A DNA stretch of 64,000 nt, taken from contig OX597825.1 in the NCBI GenBank assembly GCA_951406725.2, forward strand, positions 72,602,001 to 72,666,000, written 5' to 3'. This DNA is from Octopus vulgaris (lineage: Eukaryota). The notes below the pieces were generated by a model, which was given only the letters and a program-made list of their open reading frames with translations, had not been told where the DNA came from and searched no databases. The translations under genes were made by a program, and so were the position numbers. The first letter of the stretch is position 1; every line of letters starts with the position of its first letter. Of the stretch, positions 30,615 to 44,265 are shown piece by piece.

Positions 30615-31704
30615 GTACGTATGTATATATACATGTATGCATATATGTTGTTATCAAGTTACATAAAACTATTCATATATATACCATGTATATATATATA
30701 TGCGTGTACATACACATATACAAGTATACGTGTATGGACGTCCGTACTTATAGTTTCTGTATGTATATTATGGTTGTTCTTTCCATCTTTCGCTTTCATT
30801 TTTACCATTTGTATGCGTGTTTATTTGATTCCTCCCTCCTTTACTTTCTTCTGAAGCAGTTACTAATTACGTAAGGTGATCTGGTTGTAGAAATCAAAGT
30901 CACACGGTAACAAAATCAATAACTGAATTATCATATTATTGATAAATATCATCTCCAGTTTTTAAAAGAAATTTTGCTTTTACTCGTTTTTATTTTTATT
31001 CCTTCTTTTCAGCTGAATAAACTTTCTTTGAATTCTTAAATCTTCATCCTCAAATTATCTTTTAGAATTTTCTAGAATATAGACAATGGAGATGTAACTG
31101 GTCGATTCGTATTAAATAATTATAATTAACCTACCAATCACTTAACCTGTACTTTTATCCGTTACTGACCAAAGATAATTAATACAATACTTAATACACG
31201 ATTATCTACTCCATCGAGCCGTAAAATAGGTACCACAGGTTCTCAAATAGAATAAGGTTACCAATTCTAGTCAGCAATTAAAATTGACATGAAACACGTT
31301 TTACTCGCGACATTGATTAGGCTTCGAAAAATTATATGATAGACATGACAATGATTGTGATTCCTAGATCGGATATGAATGACTAACTATCACGGGATCT
31401 GTTAGTAAGAAAGCGTATCAAAATCCCATTTAAAAAATCAGCAAGTTAAATAGTTTTTCAAGCGCAAGAAAAGAAGTTCCTAATTACAATATTCTCTTTT
31501 AATTATCTCGTTTATGATTAAAATTCATTATCCTTTTAGGTTCGTCGTTCATTTTCTTCACCTCAGTACCAACCCGAATTTTATTATAAGCCTGTGAGCG
31601 GGGGATACTAATTCTTTCTTCACTTGTAAGTTACTAACGATGTATACATATGCAAGTGTGAATGTATGCATGTATGTAGGTATGTAGGTATGTACGTATA
31701 TATG

Positions 31705-31744
<40 letters not shown>

Positions 31745-31789
31745 CATATATGCATACATACCTACATACCTACATACCTACATACAAGC

Positions 31790-31853
<64 letters not shown>

Positions 31854-31939
31854 ATGTCTGTATATGTGTGCATATATATATATATATGCGTTTGTATGTA
31901 TGTATAAATGTGTGTGTACGTGTGTGTGTGTGTGTGTGT

Positions 31940-32170
31940 GTGGAGGCGCGTGGCTTACTGGTTAGGGTGTCAGCATCATGATCATAAGATTGTGGTTTCG
32001 ATTCCTGGACCGGGCGACGCGTTGTGTTCTTGAGGTAAACACTTCATTTCACGTTGCTCCAGTCTACTCAGCTGGCAAAAATGAGTAACGCTGCAATGAA
32101 CTGGCGTCCCGTCCAGCTGGGGAACACATTCGCCATTGAAACCGGGAAACCGGGCCCATGAGCCTGGCTA
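31940..32170 (+). mobile_element. tRNA-derived SINE, family B
   Basis: A/B boxes present. Reverse-complement copy at 60338-60582. Confidence 0.85.
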
Positions 32171-32190
32171 TATATATAGAAATACAGGGG

Positions 32191-32537
32191 AAAACAAGAG
32201 CACTCACAGAGGGCAAGCCTCGGCCAAAACGACACCAACTTCCTCTCAACGATTCGCCAGAGATGATTTTTAAAATGAGAATATTTGAAATAAACTCGAC
32301 TGCTCTCTCAAACGAGAATACCGAAACTGAACCCGGCCGCTCTCAAAAATTAAGTAAAAAAAAAGAAACAGGAAAAATAATCCAAAATCTAATCAGTTGA
32401 TGCCAGGCACGCGGCCAAACATCCCTGAAAATTTCATCCGAATCCATCCGGCGGTTCATGGGATATCGTGTCGACGGACAAACGAACAAAGACGACTGAA
32501 AACAATACCTCCGCCTTCGCTAAGGCGGAAGTAAAAA
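32191..32537 (-). mobile_element. Helentron-associated (HINE/DINE-1-like) non-autonomous element
   Basis: Terminal hairpin TACCTCCGCCTT-CGCT-AAGGCGGAAGTA, T-run flanks on the minus strand, adjacent GACGGACAAACGAAC repeat and opposite end AAAACAAGAGCACTC. Confidence 0.6.
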
Positions 32538-32935
32538 TTCATTTGTGCTGAATAGTACAAACTGCCTTGATATAAATCCTGTGTGCTGAGCTTTACAAAT
32601 TCTAAGAATAAATATTATAAAAACAAATATATAAACACAAAATACTTTAATCCAAATTATCGTCTTTATAGTCAAATCATCCACAATGATTTATCTGTAA
32701 AATAAATAAGACTGCGAGATACAGCATAAGTATGTAATAGAATATTATCGTAATCTTGACACTCAGCAGTGATGATTGGGAGAACAATAAGAAACATTTG
32801 AGATGAAAATTACTTATCGCCTGCCATAATAAGGGGAAAAGGCAAGTGATAAATGGATTAAATAAATGATTGATTAGCATTTTGATTGGTTACTTGATTG
32901 GTTACTTCATAAAGAGTAAGACTGAGTATGTATAC

Positions 32936-33066
<131 letters not shown>

Positions 33067-33077
33067 GATAGATAGAT

Positions 33078-33245
33078 AACTTTCTTTATTGGCCACAATG
33101 GGCTGAATACAGAGGGGACAAATACAAATGTAGAGCTTTTCTTTTCGAAGATGGAAAAGAAAAAAGGAACAAAAAAGGAAACAAATGTAAAATTCCGATC
33201 AAAAGGGATCGAGGGGAAAAAAGCGATCAAAAGGGATCGTGTATC
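33078..33245 (-). mobile_element. Putative LINE 3' UTR fragment abutting a (GATA)n tract (32935-33077)
   Basis: Second copy at 35245-35391 (+). The terminal ~40 bp resemble the family C SINE tail. Confidence 0.55.
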
Positions 33246-33292
33246 ACAGAAACAAATTTTTTTAGAAGTAAGAAACAAGATTAGATTCATCC

Positions 33293-33359
<67 letters not shown>

Positions 33360-34519
33360 CAGCAGCAGCAGTAGTAGCAGCAGCTGCAGTAGTATGATTG
33401 TTATTTGCGAAGTAAAGCTTGACAACCGTGCAGTGGTTTCGATACACTGTCGTACCTCGTCAAAGGAGAGAAAGAATATAGAACAAGACAACAGCATTTT
33501 ACTGCGGTATTATGACAAGAAAACAAAAATAAATACTTTAGCTTCGTTAGAAGCATTAATAAGATAAGTATTTAAGAAATGGAATAAAGGAGATGATGAA
33601 AGAAGCAGAAAAAGATAAAACTGAAGGGAGCAAATGACCATATTTGGGTGCAGAGAGTTGAAAAAGTATCGAAAGAGCAGGCTTTATCTATTTGTATTAT
33701 GCAACTTTGGGAATTCAAAGAATAACGGTTTTCATCCAAAGGTTGACAGCTATTCAGGAAGACAAAGATTATAATGCAGTAGACATTTAGAAAATAATTT
33801 ATGGTAATTAAAAGGGTATGAATAAATGTAGGGTTATGATTTATTTAAGGTAGGAAAATATGAAACGTTGATCAGGGTCAAATGAGTGTAGATAGGAATT
33901 TAAATGAAATTATGCAAGAATAAAGAACAGATTATATATTCAGTTGAACCAGTATTAAACGTATATTAGCGTATATTTATTGCCTGGGGAAGCTTCTTTG
34001 ATGAACTATAAATACTTAAAGTAATGTAATGCCAGATAGATAGTGGTTCGAAGATAGATAAATAAATAGCATAATTGAAGAAATATGGAGTCATCTAAGG
34101 AGTAGTGCATAGGATGAAAAGTAATTAAAATAAAAGATAATTGAAATATTATATTACGAGGCAGCCATGGAGGCTGTATTGAGAATAAAAATTTGATATT
34201 ATAATAAATAAAAGGTAAGTATTGAAAATAATTCCTAATTATTCAAAAGTCACTTTAGAAGCGCTAAATAACAAAGAAATGCATTATACGAAACAAAGAA
34301 ATTTTTAGGAAGAAAGAGAGAATGTATTCGCGTTACTGAATTTCAGTATCATATCAGAGATCATAATTTGTATGAAAATACATAAAGGATTTACGTGAAG
34401 CCAATAATTCAAGTTGAAGTCCCATTGTTCTAACAAGGGAATGGAAATAAAATGCACTCAAGGCATCATAGAATAACTACGTTAGCACGAGAGCGAGAAG
34501 ATAAATATTTATCACAACA

Positions 34520-34904
34520 GTGGAGGCGCAATGGCCCAGTGGTTAGGGCAGTGGACTCGCGGTCATAGGATCGCGGTTTCGATTCCCACACCGGGCGTTG
34601 TGAGTGTTTATTGAGCGAAAACACCTAAAAGCTCCACGAGGCTCCGGCAGGGGATGGTGGTGATCCCTGCTGTACTCTTTCACCACAACTTTCTCTCACT
34701 CTTTCTTCTTGTTTCTGTTGTACCTGTATTTCAAGGGGCCGGCCTTGTCACTCTCTGTGTCACGCTGAATATCCCCGAGAACTACGTTAAGGGTGCACGT
34801 GTCTGTGGAGTGCTCAGCTACTTACACGTTAATTTCACGAGCAGGCTGTTCCGTTGATTCGGATCAACCGGAACCCTCATCGTCGTAACCGACGGAGTGC
34901 TTCC
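34520..34904 (+). mobile_element. Full-length tRNA-derived SINE, family A, with 13-bp TSD
   Basis: A box TGGCCCAGTGG and B box GTTTCGATTCC. ATTTATCACAACA occurs at 34507-34519 and 34905-34917. Confidence 0.95.
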
Positions 34905-35244
34905 ATTTATCACAACACAAAAAGGCGAATTTTCGGCTATATCTAAAGAGAAGTGTGGGGATTAAAATGGAATTAAAATAATTGTCAATTAGAATAATAT
35001 ATAAGAGCGCAATTATGTGGGAGTACCGTAATCACAGGACTAATTGTATTCGGATACAAAACGACATGAATATTCCAAAAGCGGTTGACCATTTTTAAAA
35101 ATCTCTAGTTATTTAAAAGTTACGTTAAAATCTTTGAATACAAATAAATGTATAACGGGAAACATAAACATCTATGAAGAAGCCTATAGTTTTTGTTTTT
35201 TTTTTATTTTATTTATTTATTTATTTTTGTTCTTTTCTTCCCTT

Positions 35245-35391
35245 TTACGATCCCTCTTGATCGAAAACCTACGCCACCATTTTTTTTTTGTTTCTTTTGT
35301 TTTTTTTTTGGTTTTTTTCATCCCCCAAAAGAAAAGCTCTACCTTTTAAATTGTCCCATCTGTGTGCAGCCCTGTGTGGCCAATAAAGAAA
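35245..35391 (+). mobile_element. Putative LINE 3' UTR fragment (same family as 33078-33245)
   Basis: Shared CGATCCC..TTGATCG, AAAAGAAAAGCTCTAC and TTGTCCC.TCTGT...CAGCCC..TGTGGCCAATAAAGAAA. Confidence 0.55.
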
Positions 35392-36482
35392 CTTATAGTT
35401 ACGGTATTTACGCTACAGATTCCAATATAATATCAGGGATTATAATTTTGAAATTCACCTTATAAAATTCTGATATAATATCAAACATTGTCAACTTGAA
35501 TGAAGATCTATGATGCAGTTTCGTGCCATGAACGAATTTCTTCCTCCTCAAATCAATTTTGTAACATCCTATCGACTAAAGATAATCAAAATACTATTTT
35601 TCTAAGTATACTATTATTCTATTATCAGTTTCAGTTAGATGCTGAGACCATGCTGGACCACCACTGTTAGCACTAATGCTTGCTTATTTTAAATCCACTT
35701 CTCGTCCCTGCCTCCGGAATTGGTCCTGGTAAACTGATAAGTTGATTAGAGTTGCCATTCTTTGCATTTTTTGCTGTTATGAGGGTTCATCTGATAGATG
35801 AAAATTAGTTCAATTTTTCTTTGGAAACAAACATGTACATCTACTTCTGGTAGATCTTTGCGACCTTTTGACAATGTATTAAGAAGTGAGACTTTGAACC
35901 CTAAGCCTTTACAGTATTAGGTTCTTAGCCATGTGAGAGATGGCGGGATCTTTGGTACAATGCAGCCAATGATTGGTATAATTTTCAATTCCGAAGTTGG
36001 GTGCTAGACTTCCAGGAGTGTCCATATATATTTATGTACGAAAACCCTGAGGACCATCTTAATCTTTAAAAAAAGTGCTTAGTCAGTACCCTCATGAGAG
36101 GAAATTCAAGTTGGAAACATGGAATTTTTCAATCACAAACTTGAGAAGCGCTGCCATCTTCAGAGATCTTCGGCAGGCCTGTCGTAGATATAACTGGAAC
36201 CGGTGTAAGAAATATAAATCAGCCTCGCCCAAGGTTTTCCCAGTAGAGTTTCGTTCCGGTATCTTTTTTTTTTCTTTGTTTACAAAATTAACTAACTTTG
36301 ACGTTTTCTTCCCTCCAGTTGTAGAGACGTTATGTGCCGCCGACTATTCGAGTCTGACGAGTCACTTATACAGTTTAGCGCTTTATAGGTGCAAAACCAA
36401 CGGTCACTTTCTGACCGAACATAACAAACAACCTTCTAAATATCTGTGTATGTATATATATATGTGTGAGTGTGTGTGTATG

Positions 36483-36514
<32 letters not shown>

Positions 36515-36531
36515 CACACACATATATATAC

Positions 36532-36564
<33 letters not shown>

Positions 36565-36938
36565 TACATATATATGTGTGAGGGTGTGTGGGGGTGTATA
36601 TATATACATATATATATATAAAGAAGAGGTGTATTGCCATATATGCATGTATGTATATGCATGTATATGCATAATTATATATAAACGAATATCTATATAT
36701 GTGAATATGTATGCGTGTGTCTGTCTGTCGGTATCTGTGTGTCTGCATGTATGCGTGTGTGTGTGTGTCAATATGTGTGTGTGTGTGTGTGTGTGTGTAA
36801 TAAAAATAAGTGATTATGTTTGCCACAAATAATTACGGTGAAGCACAAAGTCTGCTTCGGCTGCAAGATTTTCTGTTTATTTTCTTCCGTCTCAGACTGG
36901 AGATTGGCTCCATTTTTTTTCCATTCAATAATAATTGG

Positions 36939-37018
<80 letters not shown>

Positions 37019-37423
37019 CATCGTCCTCTATCTTTTCCTCAACAGCTTCTCTCTCTTCTCTATCTATCTTTCTCACTTTACTTATTTAGCCTTTGTTTCT
37101 ATAGCAGTCTCGCTCTTCAACTCTTTCTCTATAACCCACCCTTTTTGCGTATATATACATATATACTGTATACATACACACACACATGAATATACGCATA
37201 TACGCGTGTGTGGGGGGTGTATACATATTTGTATATGTGTATATATATGCGTGTGTATATATTGCAATATCTATATATATAAACATGTTTCTATACATAT
37301 ATATTGGTATGCATATATATATACATATATATATGTATATATATATATATATATATAGTAAAAGACGAAACACTTATCTGCTCAGGCTTAGGAGAAACCA
37401 AAACACATATGTGTGTGTGTATG

Positions 37424-37476
<53 letters not shown>

Positions 37477-37613
37477 CACATATATATATGCATTTATATA
37501 TACATAAATCTATATAAATATACATATATATATATTATACAAATATATATTTTAGTTTATGTAATAATATATATATACATATATTTGTCTGCGAGTATAT
37601 ATATACATGTATG

Positions 37614-37647
<34 letters not shown>

Positions 37648-37755
37648 CATGTACGTATATATTTATATACATATTCATATATATTTATATATATACACAA
37701 ATATACACATGTATATATATATATATATATGTATGTATATTACGATATACCTACA

Positions 37756-37829
<74 letters not shown>

Positions 37830-38219
37830 CTCTCCCTCCATCTCGCTCTCCCTCCGTTTGTTATGCGCCATTGTCTTTATCATGGCAGACAAACTTGAAT
37901 GAAAGCTGCCACATTATTCACAGTAAATCTATGGATCTTTTCTTTGTTCTTGTTTTTGTTTGTTTTTGTATCTAGTTTTTGTATTTGTTTTCATTCATTA
38001 TTGTGCTGTATTATGTTGTTTGTTTGAATTCTTTTATCGTTTAGGGACGTGACTCGATTGATACGGGCCAGAAATCTATCGGAGACAGAAATGTGTTTGG
38101 TGAAAATTTTGACTGTTTATGACTGAATGTATAGGTGCTGCAGCAGCGGCAGCAACAGCAGTAGGAGGAAAGAAGTATACAAAAGACGACGTGGACTTGG
38201 TGTTTGGAGAGAAGGAGGG

Positions 38220-38252
38220 TGAGTGGGAGAAGTGAGAGGGAAAAGTGAAGGA

Positions 38253-38284
<32 letters not shown>

Positions 38285-38527
38285 AGGAAAGAAGGAAGGA
38301 ATGAAGGAAAGAAAGAAAAGGTGTAAGGAAGGCAAGAATGAAGGAAGGAAGGAATAAAGGAAGGAAGGAAAGAAAGGTGCAAGAAAGGAAGGAAAGGAAG
38401 AAAAAAGAAAGATAGGAGAGATGGAAGGAAAAAGGAAGGAAGGAAAGGGAAGAACGAAAGAAAGAAAAAAGAAAGAGAGAAAGAAAGGAATGTAGAAAGG
38501 AAAAGGAAGAGGAAAAAGAAAGCAAAA

Positions 38528-38563
<36 letters not shown>

Positions 38564-38585
38564 CAGGAAAAAGAAATTGAAGAAA

Positions 38586-38626
<41 letters not shown>

Positions 38627-38750
38627 GAAGAAAGACAAGACAAGCAAAAGAAAAGAAGTAAAAAGAAGAAAGAAAAGAAAGAAGAAAATGAAGAATGAAT
38701 GATGTGACTAAGGAAAAATAGAAGAAGGAAAGAAAGGAATAAGGAATGAG
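38220..38750. repeat. Polypurine (GAAA/GGAA) tract
   Basis: Direct inspection. Confidence 0.95.
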
Positions 38751-38924
38751 TGATGATTGGTTGTCGCAAGTGTAGAAGTGGAGATGTTAAGATGGCTGAC
38801 AGTAATAAGTGTGGCTGTACGAAGTATAGACGTTTGGTGGAGGAGTCCTGAAGAGTTTGAAAGTCTAAAGGATAGTTGTGATTAGCGAACATCAGTTTCC
38901 ATATTTCCAACGGTTGTGTGTGAT

Positions 38925-39246
38925 TTAAGTTAAGTTAAGTTAAGTTAATTTTTTGGCTCAAAAAGCAAAAAGCAAGGCCATGTAGAGGGACGTGGAGTTA
39001 TGTACAGGGAGAGTGTTCATGCAAAGAGTTCAGGCCATTTCTGGTCAAGAGAGACTTTGAACCGAGCGGTCGTCGGCATCTTCACTATCTCGTCCGGCAG
39101 CTTATTCCACGGATCCGCAACCCGGACGGAGAAAGCCCCTCTTCTTCGATTGAGATGAAATCGTCGCAGATAGAGCTTTTCAGAGTGACCCCGCAGCCGA
39201 CGCTCTGGAGCAGGAGTGAAGAACAGCTCTTTCGAGAGGTTACACT
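38925..39246 (-). mobile_element. 5'-truncated CR1 LINE (ORF2 C-terminus, 3' UTR, (AACTT)n tail)
   Basis: Uninterrupted frame ...ERRLRGHSEKLYLRRFHLNRRRGAFSVRVADPWNKLPDEIVKMPTTARFKVSLDQKWPELFA* (stop at 39017-39019), with typical CR1 RGH/FS.RV/WN.LP motifs. (TTAAG)n on the plus strand. Confidence 0.9.
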
Positions 39247-39566
39247 ATCTGGCTGCTATTTCTACCATGTCGAGCAACAAGTTAGAAGCTGCCTTGTTTT
39301 GTAGGTTATCGTGTGCAACTTATATCAATGAAATTTGAAATTATAAATATTTGAGACAGACGGAGAGAAAGAAAAGGAAAAAATACTTAGCATTTCAAAA
39401 GTAGCATAATTTGTTCAACTAAATAAATTCCATATCATTTAAATATTGAACAGACTCATCAATAATCTACTGATTGATTTTTTGTTTTCTTTTATTCTGA
39501 CTTTGATGTATATAATGAGATCGACCCGCTTCGTTAGTCGTTGGTTTTACACAATAGCGTACACAA

Positions 39567-39952
39567 TAGGCGTAGGAGTGGCTGTGTGGTAAGTAGCTCG
39601 CTTACCAACCGCGTGGTTCCGGGTTCAGTCCCACTGCGTGGCACCTTGGGCAAGTGTCTTCTACTATAGCTTCGGGCCGACCAAAGCCTTGTGAGTGGAT
39701 TTGGTAGACGGAAACTGAAAGAAGCCCGTCGTATATATGTATATATATGTGTGTGTGTGTGTTTGTCCTCCCCCCAACATCGCTTGACAACCGATGCTCG
39801 TGTGTTTACGTCCCCGTAACTTAGCGGTTCGGCAAAAAGAGACCGATAGAATAAGTGCTAGGCTTACAAAGAATAAGTCGCTGGGGTCATTTTGCTCGAC
39901 TAAAGGTGGTGCTCCATCATGGCCACAGTCAAATGACTGAAACAAGTAAAAG
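39567..39952 (+). mobile_element. Full-length SINE family D
   Basis: Head TGGCTGTGTGGTAAG...GGTTCAGTCCC. Multiple copies in the window. Confidence 0.9.
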
Positions 39953-40619
39953 ACCTGTAGGAAACAAGACAAGAAGAAAGATTAGCAGGCAAACATCATA
40001 GCAACAGTGAAGGTATTTGAACCATTGAACCTTTGGTTAGAAGACTGATGCGCTATCAATGTCATCCCCAACACACGTGCGCCCACACACACACACTCGT
40101 GCACACACACACACACACACTCACGTGTACTTATGTGTATGCATGTGGGTGTGTGCCTGGTTCTGTGTATGAATCCGTGTGAAGCCTAAAATCATCGATG
40201 CACAAGGCGTTAGTCGGTTCGGAGAAAACAGTAGAAGACACTTGACCATGGTGGAACGCAGTGAGACTGAACCCGAAACTTCATGGTTGCAAAGCCAGCT
40301 TGTTATCCACGTGGGTTTTTGTCAGAAGACAGATGGTCTAATTCGCAAACGCGACCAGACGGCTTTAAATCGAAATTACGAAACCAACACAAACTTCAAC
40401 AAAAACTAGAAAAATTTAAACAAAAGAAAAAAATGGCGATTAATTAGATTTTTCTAAAATGCTATTATATCTATGATAAATATTTTATTGGAGAAGATTT
40501 TTCGGAAAAGAAAGTAGGTGGGACATATTGGAATTGTAATCAAAGGCAGGCATCAATTGACAGCAAATTTTACGAAATTGTGTGTATGAGTGTGTGTGTG
40601 CACAAGTAAGTGTGTATTC

Positions 40620-41205
40620 TGTGGTAAGTAGCTTGCTTACCAGCCACATGGTTCTGGGTTCAGTCCCACTGTGTGCCACCTTGGGCAAGTGTCTTCTACT
40701 ATGGCCTCGAGCCGAACAAAGCTTTGTGACAGGATTTGGTAGACGGAAACTGAAAGAAGCCCGTCGTATATATGTATATGTATTTATATATGTGTGTGTG
40801 TGTGTGTATATATTTGTGTGTCTGTGTCTGTCTGTCCCCCCAACATCGCTTGACAACCGATGCTGGTATGTTTACGTCCCTGCCACTTAGCGGTTCGGCA
40901 AGAGAGAGCGATAGAATAAGTACTAGGCTTACAAAGAATCAGTCCTGGGGTCGATTTGCTCCACTAAAGGTGGTGCTCCAGCATGGCCGCAATCAAATGA
41001 CTGAAATAAATAAAAGAATAAAAAAGAAAAGAAAAGAAAAAATATATATATATATATAGAAGTGGCTGTGTGGTAAGTAGCTTGCTTACCAACCACATGG
41101 TTCCGAGTTCAGTCCCCCTACGTGGCACCTTGGGTAACTACTATAGCCTCGGGCCGACCAAAGCCTTGTGAGTGGATTAAGTAGGCGGAAACTGAAAGAA
41201 GCCCG

Positions 41206-41261
<56 letters not shown>

Positions 41262-41490
41262 ATATGTTTGTGTGTCTGTGTTTGTTCCCCAACATCGCTT
41301 GACAACCGATGCTGGTGTGTTTACGTCCTCGTAACTTAGCGGTTCGGGAAAAGAGACCGATAGAATAAGTACTAGGCTTACAAAGAATAAGTCCTTCGTT
41401 CGATTTGCTCGACTAAAGTTGGTGCTCCAGCATGGCCGCAATCAAATGACTGAAACAAATAAAAGAATAAAAAAGAAAAGAAAAGAATAT
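40620..41490 (+). mobile_element. Two tandem SINE family D copies
   Basis: Copies at 40620-41040 and 41060-41490 have near-identical tails AAAAGAATAAAAAAGAAAAGAAAAGAA. Confidence 0.9.
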
Positions 41491-41623
41491 ATATTGTTTA
41501 TTTAAAGGACACAGTACATTTCTTTAAGTGTTACTAATAGTTTCATATGTTGGGAAATGTCTCAAACATATTTATCAGGAACAAAACCACATATCATAAC
41601 TAACTAAAAGAATTGTATGTATC

Positions 41624-41654
<31 letters not shown>

Positions 41655-41785
41655 GCACAGGTGTGGGTGTGTGGTGAAAAGTGCGTTTGCATCCTAACTA
41701 CATGGTTCTTGTGGGCCTGAACCCTTGGACAAGCGATTTCTACCAAGGCCATGTGAGTGGATTCGGTACACGGGAACAGAAAGTA

Positions 41786-41906
41786 GCGATCGAGCGCCAT
41801 CGAATAACCGATACTCAACCAACACTTCCAAAATATGTGCTCACATTCGGCTGTATATTTTTGGAAGTGTTGGTTGAATATTGGTTATGCGATGGCGCTT
41901 GATCGC
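41786..41906. repeat. ~48-bp-arm hairpin just upstream of a hammerhead motif
   Basis: GCGATCGAGCGCCATCGAATAACCGATACTCAACCAACACTTCCAAAA versus TTTTGGAAGTGTTGGTTGAATATTGGTTATGCGATGGCGCTTGATCGC (4 differences). Confidence 0.9.
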
Positions 41907-41949
41907 GTACATATTTAATCCTAAAACTCTCAAATTTATATTTCGAAAT

Positions 41950-42017
41950 GCTGTACTGAAGATGAGATATAAGTAAGTAAATATAACTTTACTTTAATCT
42001 CGAAACGCGTATGTAGC
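41950..42017 (+). ncRNA. Type I hammerhead ribozyme motif
   Basis: GCUGUA-CUGAAGA-U-GAGAU(loop)AUCUC-GAAA-C-GC-GUA-UGUAGC: 6-bp stem I with two GU pairs, 5-bp stem II, palindromic ACGCGU, GUA site. (TA)n lies ~80 bp downstream. Confidence 0.78.
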
Positions 42018-42096
42018 TAATCTGAGTTGTGTTGATTCGTTATTATTTTCTTTTTGCCTACGTAAAAAAGTGTGTTACTGTCTGGGAGATCTCTAT

Positions 42097-42137
<41 letters not shown>

Positions 42138-42417
42138 CAATAATAAATCTCTAAACGAGATGTAAACAGTAGCAGCACGACATAGTGAAGTATATTTGCC
42201 ACCTAAATGTGGCTGACCTATATGGGACGATGCTACTGTAGTTTTTAGCCCCCAAGAAGACATCTCCTCCATATATATATATATATATATATATAAACGA
42301 ACATGCTTTGCCCTCAATTGCTTTTCTTGAAGATAACACCACATAATATAGTTTACGTAATAAATATTGCGGGGGGAAAAGTTTCATTACTAACTAGAGC
42401 ATAAAGTACGTATGTAC

Positions 42418-42477
<60 letters not shown>

Positions 42478-42689
42478 AGCGAAATAATGAATCCTCTACA
42501 GGGATCGTCCACAGGGATTGAAAACAAAATCTATCTACTCACCTGTCAAGTCCAGGTATGATAATCGGCTTAAATTTGACAATCGGATTAACTACGTTAA
42601 AATCAATCTTGAAAATAGTTTTATGAACAAAACTGGTTGCCATTAGTATCTCAACACTAACTTGTATCACACTTTATAAGAACTACTAC

Positions 42690-42695
42690 TGCAAC

Positions 42696-42761
<66 letters not shown>

Positions 42762-42783
42762 CAGCATCAACAGCAGTAGCAGC

Positions 42784-42830
<47 letters not shown>

Positions 42831-42846
42831 AAGTAGTAGTAGTAGT

Positions 42847-42921
<75 letters not shown>
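42690..42921. repeat. (AGT/AGC)n repeat
   Basis: Direct inspection. Confidence 0.95.
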
Positions 42922-43012
42922 TTCTTTATATTACGACCATTGTTACCGTCAACCCTCTCTATTGGCAGACATGTTAGAGCGTCGGATACTATGTGTTGTG
43001 TAGTGTATGATA

Positions 43013-43607
43013 TTTCTTATTTCTTTACTGCCCACAAGGGGCTAAACACAGAGGGCACAAACAAGGACAGACAAAGGGAGTAAGTCGATTACATCAACCC
43101 CAGTGCGTAACTGGTACTTAATTTATCGACCACGAAATGATGAAGGGCAAAGTCGTCCTCGGCGGAATTTGAACTCAGAACGTAACGTCAGACGAAATAC
43201 CTATTTCAAGGGGCTAAACACAGAGAGGACAAACAAAGACAGATAAAACGGATTAAGTCGATTACATCAACCCCAGTGCGTAACTGGTACTTAATTTATC
43301 GACCACGAAATGATGAAGGGCAAAGTCGTCCTCGGCGGAATTTGAACTCAGAACGTTACGTCAGACGAAATACCTAGTTCTTTACTACCCACAAGGGGCT
43401 AAACACAGAGGGGACAAACAAGGACAGACATAGGTATTAAGTCGGTTATATCGACCCCAGTGCGTCACTGGTACTTAATTTATCGACCCCGAAAGGATGA
43501 AAGGCAAAGTCGACCTCCGCGGAATTTGAACTCAGAACGTAGCGGCAGACGAAATACCGCTGAACATTTCGCCCGGCGTGCTAACGTTTCTGCCAGCTCG
43601 CCGCCTT
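43013..43607 (-). mobile_element. Family C SINE trimer
   Basis: One head plus three body/tail units. Confidence 0.9.
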
Positions 43608-43719
43608 TAACTGGTAGTATACTTTAATTGAAAGGTGTCCGCATTCAATTGTTAAAGCTTGACTCATCCTGTAACACCCAAGCAAAATTTCTAGACAAAA
43701 ACCGTAATATGAGAATGTG

Positions 43720-44265
43720 GAGAGGGATGAGAAGGATAAGGCGATGGTGAGGATAAGGAGGAGGACGAGGACGAGGACGAGGGGAAGGAGGAGGAGAACG
43801 TTGGTGGTAATATGGATGGTGGGTGATGTCAACTACGATGACAGAGGACGGGGTTACAACGACGACGACGACAACGATACGACGACGGGCAACGTTTGAT
43901 GACGATGGTGATGGAACGATGATGACAGCGTCGATGGTGATTAAATAATGAATAGAAAGAAGAAAGAAAAAGGAAAAGGAAAATTCAAAGACGTGAAGAA
44001 AACGGAATGGGGGAGAGGGGGAGGAGGAGGAGGAGGGGAGGAGAAGAAGAAGAAGAAGAAGAAGAAGAAGAAGAAGAAGATGGTGATGATGATGAGAAGG
44101 ATCAGGAGGCGGAGGATGAAGACGGTGGTGGTAGTGGTGGTGATGACAGTGATGATGATGGTGATGATGGTGATGATGATGACGATGACGATGACGAAGA
44201 ACAACAATAACAACAAGAAGAGGAGAAGAAGCAGTAGCAGTAGCAGCAGCAGCAGCAGCAGCAGC
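43720..44265. repeat. Mixed trinucleotide low-complexity tract (GAG/GAC/GAT/GAA)
   Basis: Direct inspection. Confidence 0.9.

Noticed and set aside
33400-34500. A-rich, coding-like stretch, possibly an ancient LINE
   Set aside because: Many stops in all frames and no motif I can identify confidently.
34520-34595. tRNA gene
   Set aside because: The tRNA-like head continues into a SINE body with TSD and lacks a proper cloverleaf.
36075-36440. Non-repetitive part of the 168-aa ORF
   Set aside because: No ATG, no recognisable domain, no convincing splice sites, and it runs into a microsatellite.
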